In this document: positions 26,579 to 35,092 of the stretch, one piece after another | Layout: every line of letters starts with the position of its first letter | How positions within the stretch are numbered: the stretch's first letter is position 1 | DNA from: Candidatus Woesearchaeota archaeon | GTDB lineage: Archaea; Nanobdellota; Nanobdellia; SCGC-AAA011-G17; JAFCDX01 | Assembly: GCA_017609465.1 (NCBI GenBank) | Contig: JAFCDX010000001.1 | Span: 26,459-90,458, forward strand | Reading direction: 5' to 3' | DNA: 64,000 nt | The notes under the pieces: model-generated | Seen by the model: only the letters and a program-made list of their open reading frames with translations | Database searches by the model: none | What the model was told of the DNA's origin: nothing | Program-made: the position numbers and the translations under genes

Positions 26579-26968
26579 ATGGATAATTTTTTCATTTCAT
26601 TAAAACAATACATAATAGAGTTAAGAGAAATTTATAATATATTAAAGAAAAATAAAGATAATAATGATATTTTTGAAAATACTTTAAAGAAATTTGGAAA
26701 TAAAATAATAAACTTCAACAAAAATATAAATAATATTGAGAATAATCTTAAAAGAATAAAGACTTCTTTTCCCAAAATACATTTAAAAAAGATGATTGAA
26801 TTCACAAAATCCTTGCCTGTAGAACATGAAAGATTAACTGAGGCATTTGAAAAAGGAGATACTAAAAAAATAATGGAAACATTAATAGCTATTGATACAA
26901 CATTAGGTTCCTTGGAATATTCTCTAAAAACAATAAAGATTTCAGAACAAATGAGAAAGGCTGCTTAA
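26579..26968 (+). CDS. Hypothetical helical protein
   Basis: 129 aa with a clean ATG. It fills the gap after cysS. I recognise no motif. Confidence 0.5.
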   Translation: MDNFFISLKQYIIELREIYNILKKNKDNNDIFENTLKKFGNKIINFNKNINNIENNLKRIKTSFPKIHLKKMIEFTKSLPVEHERLTEAFEKGDTKKIMETLIAIDTTLGSLEYSLKTIKISEQMRKAA

Positions 26969-26990
26969 AAAATAAAAAAGAAAAAGAAAT

Positions 26991-27158
26991 TTATAAATCC
27001 TTTCTCTGGATTGTACTTCTTTTGTTTGCTTTAGCTCTTTCTGCTGCTTTTTTTAGTATTTCTTTTACCGCCTCATCAAGCCCTTCTGCCAAATCACCAG
27101 CAACATTCATGCCTTCTGCAAACTGTTTTAGTTTTGATCTTACTATTAAATCTACCAT
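26991..27158 (-). CDS. Small histone-fold-like protein (DUF1931-like), absent from the ORF track
   Basis: My translation is MVDLIVRSKLKQFAEGMNVAGDLAEGLDEAVKEILKKAAERAKANKRSTIQRKDL (55 aa). An SD-like GGGAGTGAT lies 4 nt upstream. The track ORF 27022..27210(+) is its antisense shadow. Confidence 0.7.
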   Translation of the reverse strand: MVDLIVRSKLKQFAEGMNVAGDLAEGLDEAVKEILKKAAERAKANKRSTIQRKDL

Positions 27159-27220
27159 TTTATCACTCCCTAAAAACTTAAAATTTTATAGAATTAAGGC
27201 TTCTTACTGATTTATAAAGA

Positions 27221-28729
27221 TTATGGTTGTATCTTCTCTATTAAATTAGTCACTTTTTTAGGTCCAATCATAATTATAAAAGGAGCTAATTTTGGCCCTT
27301 TCTCTTTATTTATTAATAATCTATACACTATTTTAAAGAATTCTTTTGATTCTGTATTTGTTTCTTTACTTATATTGTAAAATTCCTCAAATAATGAATT
27401 TTCATCATATTTTCCTGATTTTAATTTATTTGCAAGTAATTTTAGTACTTCTTTCTCTTTTTTATTGAATTTTGCAAGAGGTTTTTTTTGCAGAGTAAAT
27501 TTCATGTCTTCTGGAGCATATTTATTTAACCAGTTCTTAATCAATAGTGCTCTTTTTTCAATAATCTTATTTTTTGGCTTAAAATCAGGCAATTGAACCA
27601 ATGTTGTTAAATGTCTGAAACCTATTTTCTCGGGCAATTTTTCTGGAATTTTATCCACACATGACAATTCATAAATCCTTTTTTGTTTTTTGTCAAGCTT
27701 ATTCTCAAAATAATTTCTTTCTAATTTGTCAAATTCCTCATAATTTTTAATAACATCAAGATCAAAACTTATTGAAAATTCTTTATTTGGTTTTGTGCTT
27801 GCAAATAACCATCTAATTATTTCTGGTTCATAAATTTCCAAACAATCTCCTAAGGTTATAACATTTCCCAAAGAACTTGATATTTTTCCTCCAGCACCCT
27901 TAATTTTTACAAAATCATACATAACATATGATGGGGCTTCAAAATTGTAAACTTCCTTTACAATTTCTTTTCCAGTGGAATAGCTTCCCCCAATTGTAGA
28001 GTGATCTTTTCCTCCAGGCTCAAAATCAACTTTTTCATAATCCCACCTCATAGGCCAGTCAACTCTCCATAACAAACTTGCACGTCCATCTTTTGAAAAA
28101 TCAAATTCCTTTAATTTTCCTTTTTTATCTTTATATGATAATTTGGAATCTCCTAAATATTTTAAATCAGTAAATTCATCAGTTCCAGAATCAGGATCAA
28201 ACAAAGTGACAGGAAGCCAATTTTCTTTTAATGGCTCTTTTCTGTATTTGTTTAAAATAGATTTTATTTTATCAACATTTTCAATAGCTTTTTTTATTCC
28301 TTCTTTGTATTTTAAACCTCTATACATATCTGCCTGATAAATAAATTTTGGTTTAATCCCAAGTTTCTTTATGTCTTCTTCAACTTCTTTTTCAAAATGC
28401 TTTGCATAACTTTTAGAAGTTCCGTAAGGGTCTGGAATATCAACAATTGGTTTTCTCAAATTCTTTTTTAGCATTTCTTGTTTTGGAAGGCCTTTTGGAA
28501 CTTTTCTGAAAACATCATAATCATCCCATGAATAAATGAATCTTACTTCTTTTCCTTTTTTTTGTAATGCTCTAGAAACTAAATCAACTGTAATTATCTC
28601 CCTAAAGTTTCCTATATGCACAATACCAGAGGGGGTTATTCCTGCTGCACAGACATATTTCTTTTTGTTTCTCTTTTCCCTTATGATTCTTTCAGCAGCA
28701 CCATCTGCCCAATGAAAAGCTTCTTTCAT
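27221..28729 (-). CDS. lysK: Lysyl-tRNA synthetase, class I
   Basis: ITPSGIVHIGNFRE (HIGH variant), a KISSS-type KMSKS variant (GGKISSSLGN) and a length of 502 aa. Confidence 0.9.
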   Translation of the reverse strand: MKEAFHWADGAAERIIREKRNKKKYVCAAGITPSGIVHIGNFREIITVDLVSRALQKKGKEVRFIYSWDDYDVFRKVPKGLPKQEMLKKNLRKPIVDIPDPYGTSKSYAKHFEKEVEEDIKKLGIKPKFIYQADMYRGLKYKEGIKKAIENVDKIKSILNKYRKEPLKENWLPVTLFDPDSGTDEFTDLKYLGDSKLSYKDKKGKLKEFDFSKDGRASLLWRVDWPMRWDYEKVDFEPGGKDHSTIGGSYSTGKEIVKEVYNFEAPSYVMYDFVKIKGAGGKISSSLGNVITLGDCLEIYEPEIIRWLFASTKPNKEFSISFDLDVIKNYEEFDKLERNYFENKLDKKQKRIYELSCVDKIPEKLPEKIGFRHLTTLVQLPDFKPKNKIIEKRALLIKNWLNKYAPEDMKFTLQKKPLAKFNKKEKEVLKLLANKLKSGKYDENSLFEEFYNISKETNTESKEFFKIVYRLLINKEKGPKLAPFIIMIGPKKVTNLIEKIQP

Positions 28730-28763
28730 AACAATAAAATAGATAATTTATATATAAAGTTTC

Positions 28764-29027
28764 TTAATATCTTATTTCGAAGTTTTCAAATTCTTCATTC
28801 TCTATATTATTAACAATAACATCATAAACACTTGCCCCAGAAGGACCTTTCCTGCATAATTCAATTAATTTTTTAATATTCTCTTCAGAACCTTTTGCAA
28901 CAACTTCAACATCACCATTGTTCAAATTTTTAACATAACCTTTTAAATCTAAAGAACTTGCATTATCATAAACAAATTTCCTAAAAAACACTCCTTGAAC
29001 TTTTCCCTTAATTATTATCTTTTTCAT
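28764..29027 (-). CDS. acyP: Acylphosphatase
   Basis: GKVQGVFFRKF...GYVKNLNNGDVEVV signature, 87 aa. Confidence 0.85.
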   Translation of the reverse strand: MKKIIIKGKVQGVFFRKFVYDNASSLDLKGYVKNLNNGDVEVVAKGSEENIKKLIELCRKGPSGASVYDVIVNNIENEEFENFEIRY

Positions 29028-29997
29028 ATTTTGGATAAACTCCTGCTTTCATTAATATTGTTTTTTCCTTTATTACAGTCCCTTTTTCATTATTCAAAAT
29101 CTCTTCTGAATTCATTAAGCATTTTCCAAAACCAATTAATTCATTTTTCAATGTGAAAAAGGCAACAGTTTCATTTTTATTTATATCAGATTCTAATTTG
29201 GATATGCCTGGAAGGTTTAAATTTGCACCATGACATAATGAATCAACAGTAGAATCCAAAACCCAGATTTTTGGAAGATGAGAAACTCCAAATTCAACTG
29301 GCTTTATTATATTCATTAACTTTTTAGAATTTCCTTCCTTATGTTCTTCATAAGCGTCTTTTAAATCAACTAATGAATACATTTCATTTTCATTAAAGGG
29401 ACCTGCTTTTGTTCTTATCAATTGTGCCATGTTAGCGCCTGTTTTTAATTTCAACCCAATATCATGAATAAATTTTCTTATATAAGTTCCAGACTGGCAT
29501 CCAATTTTGAATAAAACATCTTGTCCTTTTATTTCCAACACATCAATATAATAAATTTCTCTTTCCCTTAATCTCCTTTTTACAGAGCTTTTTTTAGGAG
29601 GCATTTGTTTTATCTTTCCTACAGAGTTCATGAAAATTTCTTTTACTTTTTTTTCAGGAACTTCCTTGTGCAAATGCATCAAAGCAACATATTCTTTTCC
29701 TGCAAGCAACAATGTTCTTAATATTCTGGTTGCTTCATTTAATGCTATAGGCAATACTCCTGTAACAGCAGGATCTAATGTCCCCCCATGACCAGTCTTG
29801 CTTACATTCAATATTTTCTTAGCATAATCAGATACTTGGTGGGATGTGGGTCCTTTGTTTTTATTAACACATATCACTCCTTTTTCCAAAAATTCAACAA
29901 TAGTTCTTTCTTCTGGTTTTTTTCCAAAATTCTTATCTGTATCTGCTTCTAATTTTGTAAGAATTTTCCTATCTTCTTTTTCAAATGGCAATTTCAT
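29008..29997 (-). CDS. cbf5: tRNA/rRNA pseudouridine synthase Cbf5 (TruB family with PUA domain)
   Basis: GHGGTLDPAVTGVLPIAL catalytic motif and a C-terminal PUA-like region. Confidence 0.9.
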   Translation of the reverse strand: MKLPFEKEDRKILTKLEADTDKNFGKKPEERTIVEFLEKGVICVNKNKGPTSHQVSDYAKKILNVSKTGHGGTLDPAVTGVLPIALNEATRILRTLLLAGKEYVALMHLHKEVPEKKVKEIFMNSVGKIKQMPPKKSSVKRRLREREIYYIDVLEIKGQDVLFKIGCQSGTYIRKFIHDIGLKLKTGANMAQLIRTKAGPFNENEMYSLVDLKDAYEEHKEGNSKKLMNIIKPVEFGVSHLPKIWVLDSTVDSLCHGANLNLPGISKLESDINKNETVAFFTLKNELIGFGKCLMNSEEILNNEKGTVIKEKTILMKAGVYPKYEKDNN

Positions 29998-30003
29998 AAG
30001 AAT

Positions 30004-30555
30004 TTATTTCTTCAAGGATTTATGAGGTTTTTGTTTTTGAGTAATTATTTTTTGAGATCTTAATTTCTCCTCCTCCTCTTTTGTAAGCTCTTTTTTCTTT
30101 TTACCTTCGCCTTTTGTATCGTGACCAGATTCTTTTTCAAGAACTTCTTCTCCAACTTTTCCTTCTTTTAATAACTTATTTTCCTGTTCCTGCTCTTTTT
30201 CTTTTTGTGTTTTTTCAGCTTCTTCTTTTTTATCTTCTTTGGGTTTTTTCTTTTTCTCTTTAGCTTCTTTTTCTTCCTTGGTTTCCTGGAAGTTTTTATC
30301 AACCAATTCAACCTGGGCATAATCGTCTATTTTTCTTGTTTTTACTTTTACTCTTGGAAGAGGATTTTTCATTCCCCTTGACCATACTAATTCATTCAAG
30401 TGAGGTCCTATCTTTACATCTTTTACTTTCATATGTTTAGAAACAAATTCTCTTATGGCAGTAACTGCTTTTTTTGTTTTTTTGTAAGTTGGAACTTTTA
30501 TAAATTCTCTTCTTAACGGTATTACATACTCCCTTTCTAAATTCTTGTCTGCCAT
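30004..30555 (-). CDS. rpl31e: Ribosomal protein L31e with ~95-aa K/E-rich C-terminal extension
   Basis: REYVIPLRREFIKVPTYKKTKKAVTAIREFVSKHMK...PHLNELVWSRGMKNP is followed by a low-complexity KE tail. Confidence 0.85.
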   Translation of the reverse strand: MADKNLEREYVIPLRREFIKVPTYKKTKKAVTAIREFVSKHMKVKDVKIGPHLNELVWSRGMKNPLPRVKVKTRKIDDYAQVELVDKNFQETKEEKEAKEKKKKPKEDKKEEAEKTQKEKEQEQENKLLKEGKVGEEVLEKESGHDTKGEGKKKKELTKEEEEKLRSQKIITQKQKPHKSLKK

Positions 30556-30557
30556 TC

Positions 30558-30731
30558 TTAAACTTTAGTCTTGTCTCTTCTCCAATGTCTTTTAACAGAA
30601 GTATAACGGCCAGGGTGAACTCTTCTTCCAGATCTTAATATCCTTGGAACTACCCAAAAAGGAGCCCATCTTGATTGTCTTCCTTTTTTTGCTAATCTTA
30701 ATTTTTTCCCAAGTTTAATGAATCTACTCAT
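30558..30731 (-). CDS. rpl39e: Ribosomal protein L39e, absent from the ORF track
   Basis: My translation is MSRFIKLGKKLRLAKKGRQSRWAPFWVVPRILRSGRRVHPGRYTSVKRHWRRDKTKV (57 aa). ATGA overlap with the S19e stop. Confidence 0.85.
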   Translation of the reverse strand: MSRFIKLGKKLRLAKKGRQSRWAPFWVVPRILRSGRRVHPGRYTSVKRHWRRDKTKV

Positions 30732-31141
30732 TTTGATAATTTATTAAGGAATTTTTTTCCTTTCCCGGTTATAATACGTCCTTTGTGACCTTTTATATCT
30801 TTTTTCTCTATCAACCCTGCTTTTTCCAGCTGCTGGAGTATTTTTCTTATTATATTTGTAGAGCCTGTGTAGGTTCTTTCTTTTTTATGTCCTCTTTGTT
30901 TTCTACCTCCATATTTTTTGCTTAATTTTGATACACCAAGAGGCCCTTTTGCTAAATATATTTTTCTTAATATTGAAGCTGCCCTTATATTCCACCAATT
31001 TTTCTGAACAGGAGGTCTCTCCTTATGAGTCCCTGTTTTAACAAATTTAGACCACAATGGAGCTTTTACTTCTTCCAATTTCTCCAATTCTTGAGCTGTT
31101 TTCTCAATAATCTCATTTGGATTTTTATCATAGATTGTCAT
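30728..31141 (-). CDS. rps19e: Ribosomal protein S19e
   Basis: WSKFVKTGTHKERPPVQKNWWNIRAASILRKIY...GGRKQRG pattern. Confidence 0.9.
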   Translation of the reverse strand: MTIYDKNPNEIIEKTAQELEKLEEVKAPLWSKFVKTGTHKERPPVQKNWWNIRAASILRKIYLAKGPLGVSKLSKKYGGRKQRGHKKERTYTGSTNIIRKILQQLEKAGLIEKKDIKGHKGRIITGKGKKFLNKLSK

Positions 31142-31159
31142 AAGAATTTCATTTATGAT

Positions 31160-31169
31160 TATATTTAAA
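31160..31169 (-). promoter_or_regulatory. TATATTTAAA box 19 nt upstream of the ATG at 31141
   Basis: Recurrent motif at fixed spacing. Confidence 0.5.
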
Positions 31170-31180
31170 AATCTTACTGT

Positions 31181-31882
31181 TTAGAAACCGTTTTTTCCCT
31201 TGTCATAAAATCCTTTGGATTCCAATAAATTATTCAAATTAGATAATTTTTGGTAAAATAAACCCAAATTGTGGTATACCTTTCTTTTTTCATCTTCTTT
31301 CATCAACCAATCATATCTCAGTTCTAAATCTTTAATTATATCTTTTTTATCTTGGTCTTCATTTTTATCAAGTTCCATATCTCTATATAAAAAAGATATT
31401 TCTTCAGCAATTTCTTTTGAAAATCCATTTAGATTAAGATAAAACAAATAACTATCGAATTCTCCTTTTATCAAATCTATCTCATCCTTTCCTCCATTTA
31501 ATCCTTCAAATGTACCTTCATTTATTCTTTTTATTAACATATCATAAATAACAGAATATTCATTTGAAGCCATCAAAAATCTGTCTTTATCATTTATTAA
31601 TAACCATACAAGTGAAGATGGAATATCTTCATGATTAAGTTCAAACAAATAACCCCCTTCCTTATATAAATCTTTCATCGCTTCACTGTAATAATAAGGG
31701 TATTTATCAAAATTAGAATATTTATTTGCAGTTTTTTTCAATTGGGATATCTCTTCATTGAATTCCCTTTCTCCAGATTCTGCAATATCTTTGTTATAAC
31801 CTTCCCCATCCTCATATATAAGATTAGATCTAACTATGTTTTCCAAATTTTCTATTTCCGGTTTTGATTGATTTTCTTTCAT
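31181..31882 (-). CDS. Hypothetical cytoplasmic protein
   Basis: 233 aa with no recognisable motif. It lies immediately downstream of 31910..32662. Confidence 0.5.
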   Translation of the reverse strand: MKENQSKPEIENLENIVRSNLIYEDGEGYNKDIAESGEREFNEEISQLKKTANKYSNFDKYPYYYSEAMKDLYKEGGYLFELNHEDIPSSLVWLLINDKDRFLMASNEYSVIYDMLIKRINEGTFEGLNGGKDEIDLIKGEFDSYLFYLNLNGFSKEIAEEISFLYRDMELDKNEDQDKKDIIKDLELRYDWLMKEDEKRKVYHNLGLFYQKLSNLNNLLESKGFYDKGKNGF

Positions 31883-31909
31883 TTTAATAAAAAAGAAGAA
31901 AAGAAAGAT

Positions 31910-32662
31910 TTACTGAGCTGAATTTGTATTTTGTTCTTGTTTCCCTGTTTCATTACCTGCAGGAGTTTCTTCTTCATCTTCAGATTCTTCTTCAGTTTCA
32001 GTTTCTTCTTCTACTTCGTCTTCAGATTCATCCTCAGCTTCTTCATTTCCTTTCCTTTCCTTTTTGAATTTTTCTCCTATTTCAGACTCTCTTTCTCTAT
32101 TTTGGAATCTTTCCATAGATTTGCTGGACTTCTGTAAAGCGTTTTCAATTCCTTGTGTTGGAACTCCTTTTTCTTCTAATTTTGCTTTAACTCTTGCCAA
32201 AACAGATATGTGTTTTTGAAGTCTTTCTTCTATGATTTTTGCTGTTTCTTCATCTTCTTTAGCAATTTCCTCATTTTCTTCTGCAACTTCAGAAACTAAT
32301 TCTGCATGCTTTTCCTGAGCTCTTGAGAGTGCTTCCAATTTTCTTTCTTTTGCCATCTCATTAACTTCTTTTAACCTTTCTTCAGCAAACTTAAGTTTAA
32401 GTTGTGCTTTTTCTGCTTTACCTATAGTTAAAAGCAACTGTATTCTTTCCTGAGCTCTTTCAAGACCCCATAATATCCTGTTATCTGGAGTAACACCAGC
32501 TTCAGCTTCTTCAGGTTCTGTTTCTTCTTGTGTTTCATTGGTTGTATCTACTATCTCTTCTATATCAGAGTCTGATAAATCGGTCTTATTGGCTTCTTGT
32601 GCTAGTGCAAGGGGTGAAACCAAAAACACCAAACTAACCAAAATTGCTATTAGCTTTTTCAT
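31910..32662 (-). CDS. Secreted acidic helical protein (DUF5667-like impression)
   Basis: I start it at ATG 32662 (MKKLIAILVSLVFLVSPLALAQ), 7 nt after GGAGGT at 32669-32674. It contains PDNRILWGLERAQERIQLLLT...AEERLKE and an E-rich tail. Confidence 0.6.
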   Translation of the reverse strand: MKKLIAILVSLVFLVSPLALAQEANKTDLSDSDIEEIVDTTNETQEETEPEEAEAGVTPDNRILWGLERAQERIQLLLTIGKAEKAQLKLKFAEERLKEVNEMAKERKLEALSRAQEKHAELVSEVAEENEEIAKEDEETAKIIEERLQKHISVLARVKAKLEEKGVPTQGIENALQKSSKSMERFQNRERESEIGEKFKKERKGNEEAEDESEDEVEEETETEEESEDEEETPAGNETGKQEQNTNSAQ

Positions 32663-32666
32663 TTTT

Positions 32667-33155
32667 TTACCTCCATCTCTTTTGGTTCTCATTTGTATGA
32701 GTATTATTTTGTAGTTTTTGATATACATCTGCTGTTAAATCATATAGGCTTTTTAAAGGATTTTTGATATCTTCTTTTTCTAAATTAACTTCCGTATATT
32801 CATTTCCGTTTTGATACCCTCTGATCATAGGATATCCTTTTCTTAGCACATCAAAACCTTTATCTGTTACCATTAAATTATATTTATCCTTTATTTTTAT
32901 TCTATCAATATCAAAACTCCCAATAAGATTGTCCAATTTTTCAACAAGTTTTTTTTCTGGTGCTGTTACTGTATTCTCTTTTCTATTGAGTTTATAATTT
33001 ATTTTATCTAGTTTTGATAAATAATCAGCTATCTCCATAATAGATTTATTTGTTAATTCAAATACAGGGAGATATCCTCCATTTTCTACTCTCTCAACAG
33101 TCAGCATATCGGCCAACCTTGTTTCTTTCTTTATTTTTCCAATTTCTTGTTTCAT
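32667..33155 (-). CDS. Hypothetical protein
   Basis: 162 aa. GGAGG (33163-33167) lies 7 nt upstream of the ATG. Confidence 0.55.
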   Translation of the reverse strand: MKQEIGKIKKETRLADMLTVERVENGGYLPVFELTNKSIMEIADYLSKLDKINYKLNRKENTVTAPEKKLVEKLDNLIGSFDIDRIKIKDKYNLMVTDKGFDVLRKGYPMIRGYQNGNEYTEVNLEKEDIKNPLKSLYDLTADVYQKLQNNTHTNENQKRWR

Positions 33156-33225
33156 TTTTTTTCCTCCAAAAGAGTTAATATATATGTAATGAGGCCATTT
33201 ATAAATAAACTTGTTTTTTTCGAAA

Positions 33226-33239
33226 AATAAAGCTTTATT
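33226..33239. promoter_or_regulatory. Perfect 14-nt palindrome AATAAAGCTTTATT
   Basis: Lies in the 167-nt divergent spacer upstream of the membrane wHTH gene. It has the same AAGCTT core as 33266..33281. Confidence 0.35.
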
Positions 33240-33265
33240 ACGCTTTTTTAAACTTTATAATCCCC

Positions 33266-33281
33266 AAAATAAGCTTATTTT
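33266..33281. promoter_or_regulatory. Perfect 16-nt palindrome AAAATAAGCTTATTTT
   Basis: Its centre lies 41 nt from the centre of the first palindrome and about 45 nt upstream of the ATG at 33323. Confidence 0.35.
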
Positions 33282-33322
33282 TAAAGAAAAAGTTTTTAAA
33301 CATAAAATAACCTATAAAACCA

Positions 33323-33946
33323 ATGAAAAACATATTTTATTTTTTAGTTCTAGTATTTTTAATAATTCCTTTTGCAAGTAGTGCTACTATACAAGGGAAT
33401 GTATTTGATATTGGTTTAGATACTGTTGAGAATGCAATTGTAGAGATAAATACTGTTCCCATGCAAAGAGTTGTTGCAATAAATGGGAGATATTCATTCT
33501 CAAGTGTTCCTCCAGGGGATTATACAATAACAGCAATATCCCCTAATAGAGAAATAACTACAAAAGAAAATATAACTATATTAAGAGAAGATGGAACCTA
33601 TAATATTGACTTATTCCTCATACCTGAATTAGAGCAGGGAAAAGAGGATAACAACCTAATATATTATGTTTTTGTAGTTTTAGTATTTATTGTATTTTCA
33701 TTGATAATTTTTCTTAAAAAATATAAAAAAAGAAACAAAAAAGAAACAGAGCAAAGGATTGATGAGGATTTAGATAAAGTTTTAAACATAATAAAAAAAG
33801 AGGGGAATAGAACAACTCAAAAACATATAAGGGAACAATTAGGATTATCAGAAGCAAAAGTAAGCCTTATGGTAACCGAACTTGAAGATAAAGGAATTGT
33901 TAAAAGAATTAAAAAGGGCCGTTCTAATATTGTTATACTAAAATAG
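33323..33946 (+). CDS. Membrane-tethered winged-helix regulator with extracellular carboxypeptidase-regulatory-like domain
   Basis: Signal peptide, then IQGNVFD...GRYSFSSVPPGDYTITA (CarboxypepD_reg-like), then the TM helix YYVFVVLVFIVFSLIIFL, then a C-terminal wHTH (QKHIREQLGLSEAKVSLMVTELEDKGIVKR). Confidence 0.7.
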   Translation: MKNIFYFLVLVFLIIPFASSATIQGNVFDIGLDTVENAIVEINTVPMQRVVAINGRYSFSSVPPGDYTITAISPNREITTKENITILREDGTYNIDLFLIPELEQGKEDNNLIYYVFVVLVFIVFSLIIFLKKYKKRNKKETEQRIDEDLDKVLNIIKKEGNRTTQKHIREQLGLSEAKVSLMVTELEDKGIVKRIKKGRSNIVILK

Positions 33947-33947
33947 A

Positions 33948-34208
33948 TTATTCCAAAGATAGAATTAAATGTCTTTTTTCCCAAATTTTTAAAACTTCTT
34001 CTACAGTTAACTCAGGAGAATCTTCGGAAACAGACAAAGCCAAATCTTCTTTTCTAAAATTTTGAGGAACGACATATAAACGACAACCATAACCATTTTC
34101 ATTAAATCTAACATATCTTATTTCTGCCTTTCCTTTCTCTTGGTCTCCCTGAGTCAATTTACATGCAAGTCTGTATGCTTTAGATGAGTCTTCCATTTTC
34201 CTTTTCAA
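33948..34208 (-). CDS. Hypothetical small protein
   Basis: 86 aa from TTG 34208, or 82 aa from ATG 34197. A TATATTTAAA box lies at 34226-34235. Confidence 0.45.
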   Translation of the reverse strand: MKRKMEDSSKAYRLACKLTQGDQEKGKAEIRYVRFNENGYGCRLYVVPQNFRKEDLALSVSEDSPELTVEEVLKIWEKRHLILSLE

Positions 34209-34295
34209 AATTATATTAAAGAAATTATATTTAAAGTTATTTTTTCAAAAATAATACAAAAAGTATATATATTAGTTAAAATTACTTTATAATTT

Positions 34296-34691
34296 ATGAG
34301 CAAAAAAAAGGGGACTAGATGCGAGAGAGAACTTTTCCATATGTTATATGATAAAAATTTCTTTCCTGTAAGAGCCGCAGGATCTGGATCAACGCCAATT
34401 CCAAATCCTGATATAATTGCTGGAAAAGATGGGAGAGTATTGGCCATCGAATGCAAATCCCTAAAAAGAGATAACAAATTCTTTATGGAAAAAGAAATAA
34501 TTGATTTAAAGCTATTTTCCAAGAAATTTGGTGCAGAACCATGGTTAGCAATAAAATTTAATAATAAAGGATGGTTTTTTATTAATCCAAAATATCTATC
34601 AAAAACAAAAAGCGGAAATTTCTATATGAATATTAAATTAGCTAAAGAAAAAGGTATAGATTTTAAGGAATTTATAAAGAGAAAACTTTAA
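34296..34691 (+). CDS. hjc: Holliday junction resolvase Hjc
   Basis: KGTRCERELFHML...RAAGSGS...PDIIAGKDGRVLAIECKS carries the E, D and ExK catalytic pattern. Confidence 0.9.
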   Translation: MSKKKGTRCERELFHMLYDKNFFPVRAAGSGSTPIPNPDIIAGKDGRVLAIECKSLKRDNKFFMEKEIIDLKLFSKKFGAEPWLAIKFNNKGWFFINPKYLSKTKSGNFYMNIKLAKEKGIDFKEFIKRKL

Positions 34692-34714
34692 ATTTTCTTA
34701 AATTTTTATCTAAT

Positions 34715-35092
34715 ATGGCAAAATTCAGAAATATAGTAAAATATACTGGCCTGGATAAACTAACCCTTCTTGAAAAGATTAAACTAAAAAATATAGCAGA
34801 ATCAAAATATTCCAAGATAAGCAGATTATTCCAAGATAAACCTGCAGATGTGTCTATAAATGTAAAAATATATGATAAAGAGAAAAAAAGAAAATATTCC
34901 CTACATGGAAAAGTGGAAGCAGCAACAAGAATATTTTCTGCAAGCGCTTCTGACTGGGATATAAAGAAAACTACTCATGAGGTGATGGACAAACTGGAAA
35001 GCGAGGTAAAAAAACAGTTTAAACCACAAACCAAAGAATGGAGAAGAAAAGGCGGTTTTAAGAATTTTATAGCAGAAAAATTTTCTAAATGA
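34715..35092 (+). CDS. Small basic protein, possible HPF/RaiA (S30AE)-like fold
   Basis: Coding looks solid because its stop is coupled to the next ATG. The function rests on the pattern VSINVKIY...LHGKVEAATRIFSASASDWDIKKTTHEVMDKLESEVKKQFK and is weak. Confidence 0.4.
   Translation: MAKFRNIVKYTGLDKLTLLEKIKLKNIAESKYSKISRLFQDKPADVSINVKIYDKEKKRKYSLHGKVEAATRIFSASASDWDIKKTTHEVMDKLESEVKKQFKPQTKEWRRKGGFKNFIAEKFSK

Noticed and set aside
27022-27210. 62-aa plus-strand ORF
   Set aside because: The opposite strand encodes a 55-aa histone-fold-like protein with an SD site and a recognisable sequence. The plus ORF is its mirror.
30004-30300. Repetitive A/G-rich DNA here and at 52932-53110, considered as a possible CRISPR or tandem repeat array
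   Set aside because: It is coding low-complexity sequence (K/E tails of L31e and L32e). It has no fixed repeat unit or spacers. No CRISPR-like array is present anywhere in the window.
34211-34522. 103-aa minus-strand ORF
   Set aside because: It overlaps hjc in antisense. hjc has the E, D and ExK nuclease motifs.
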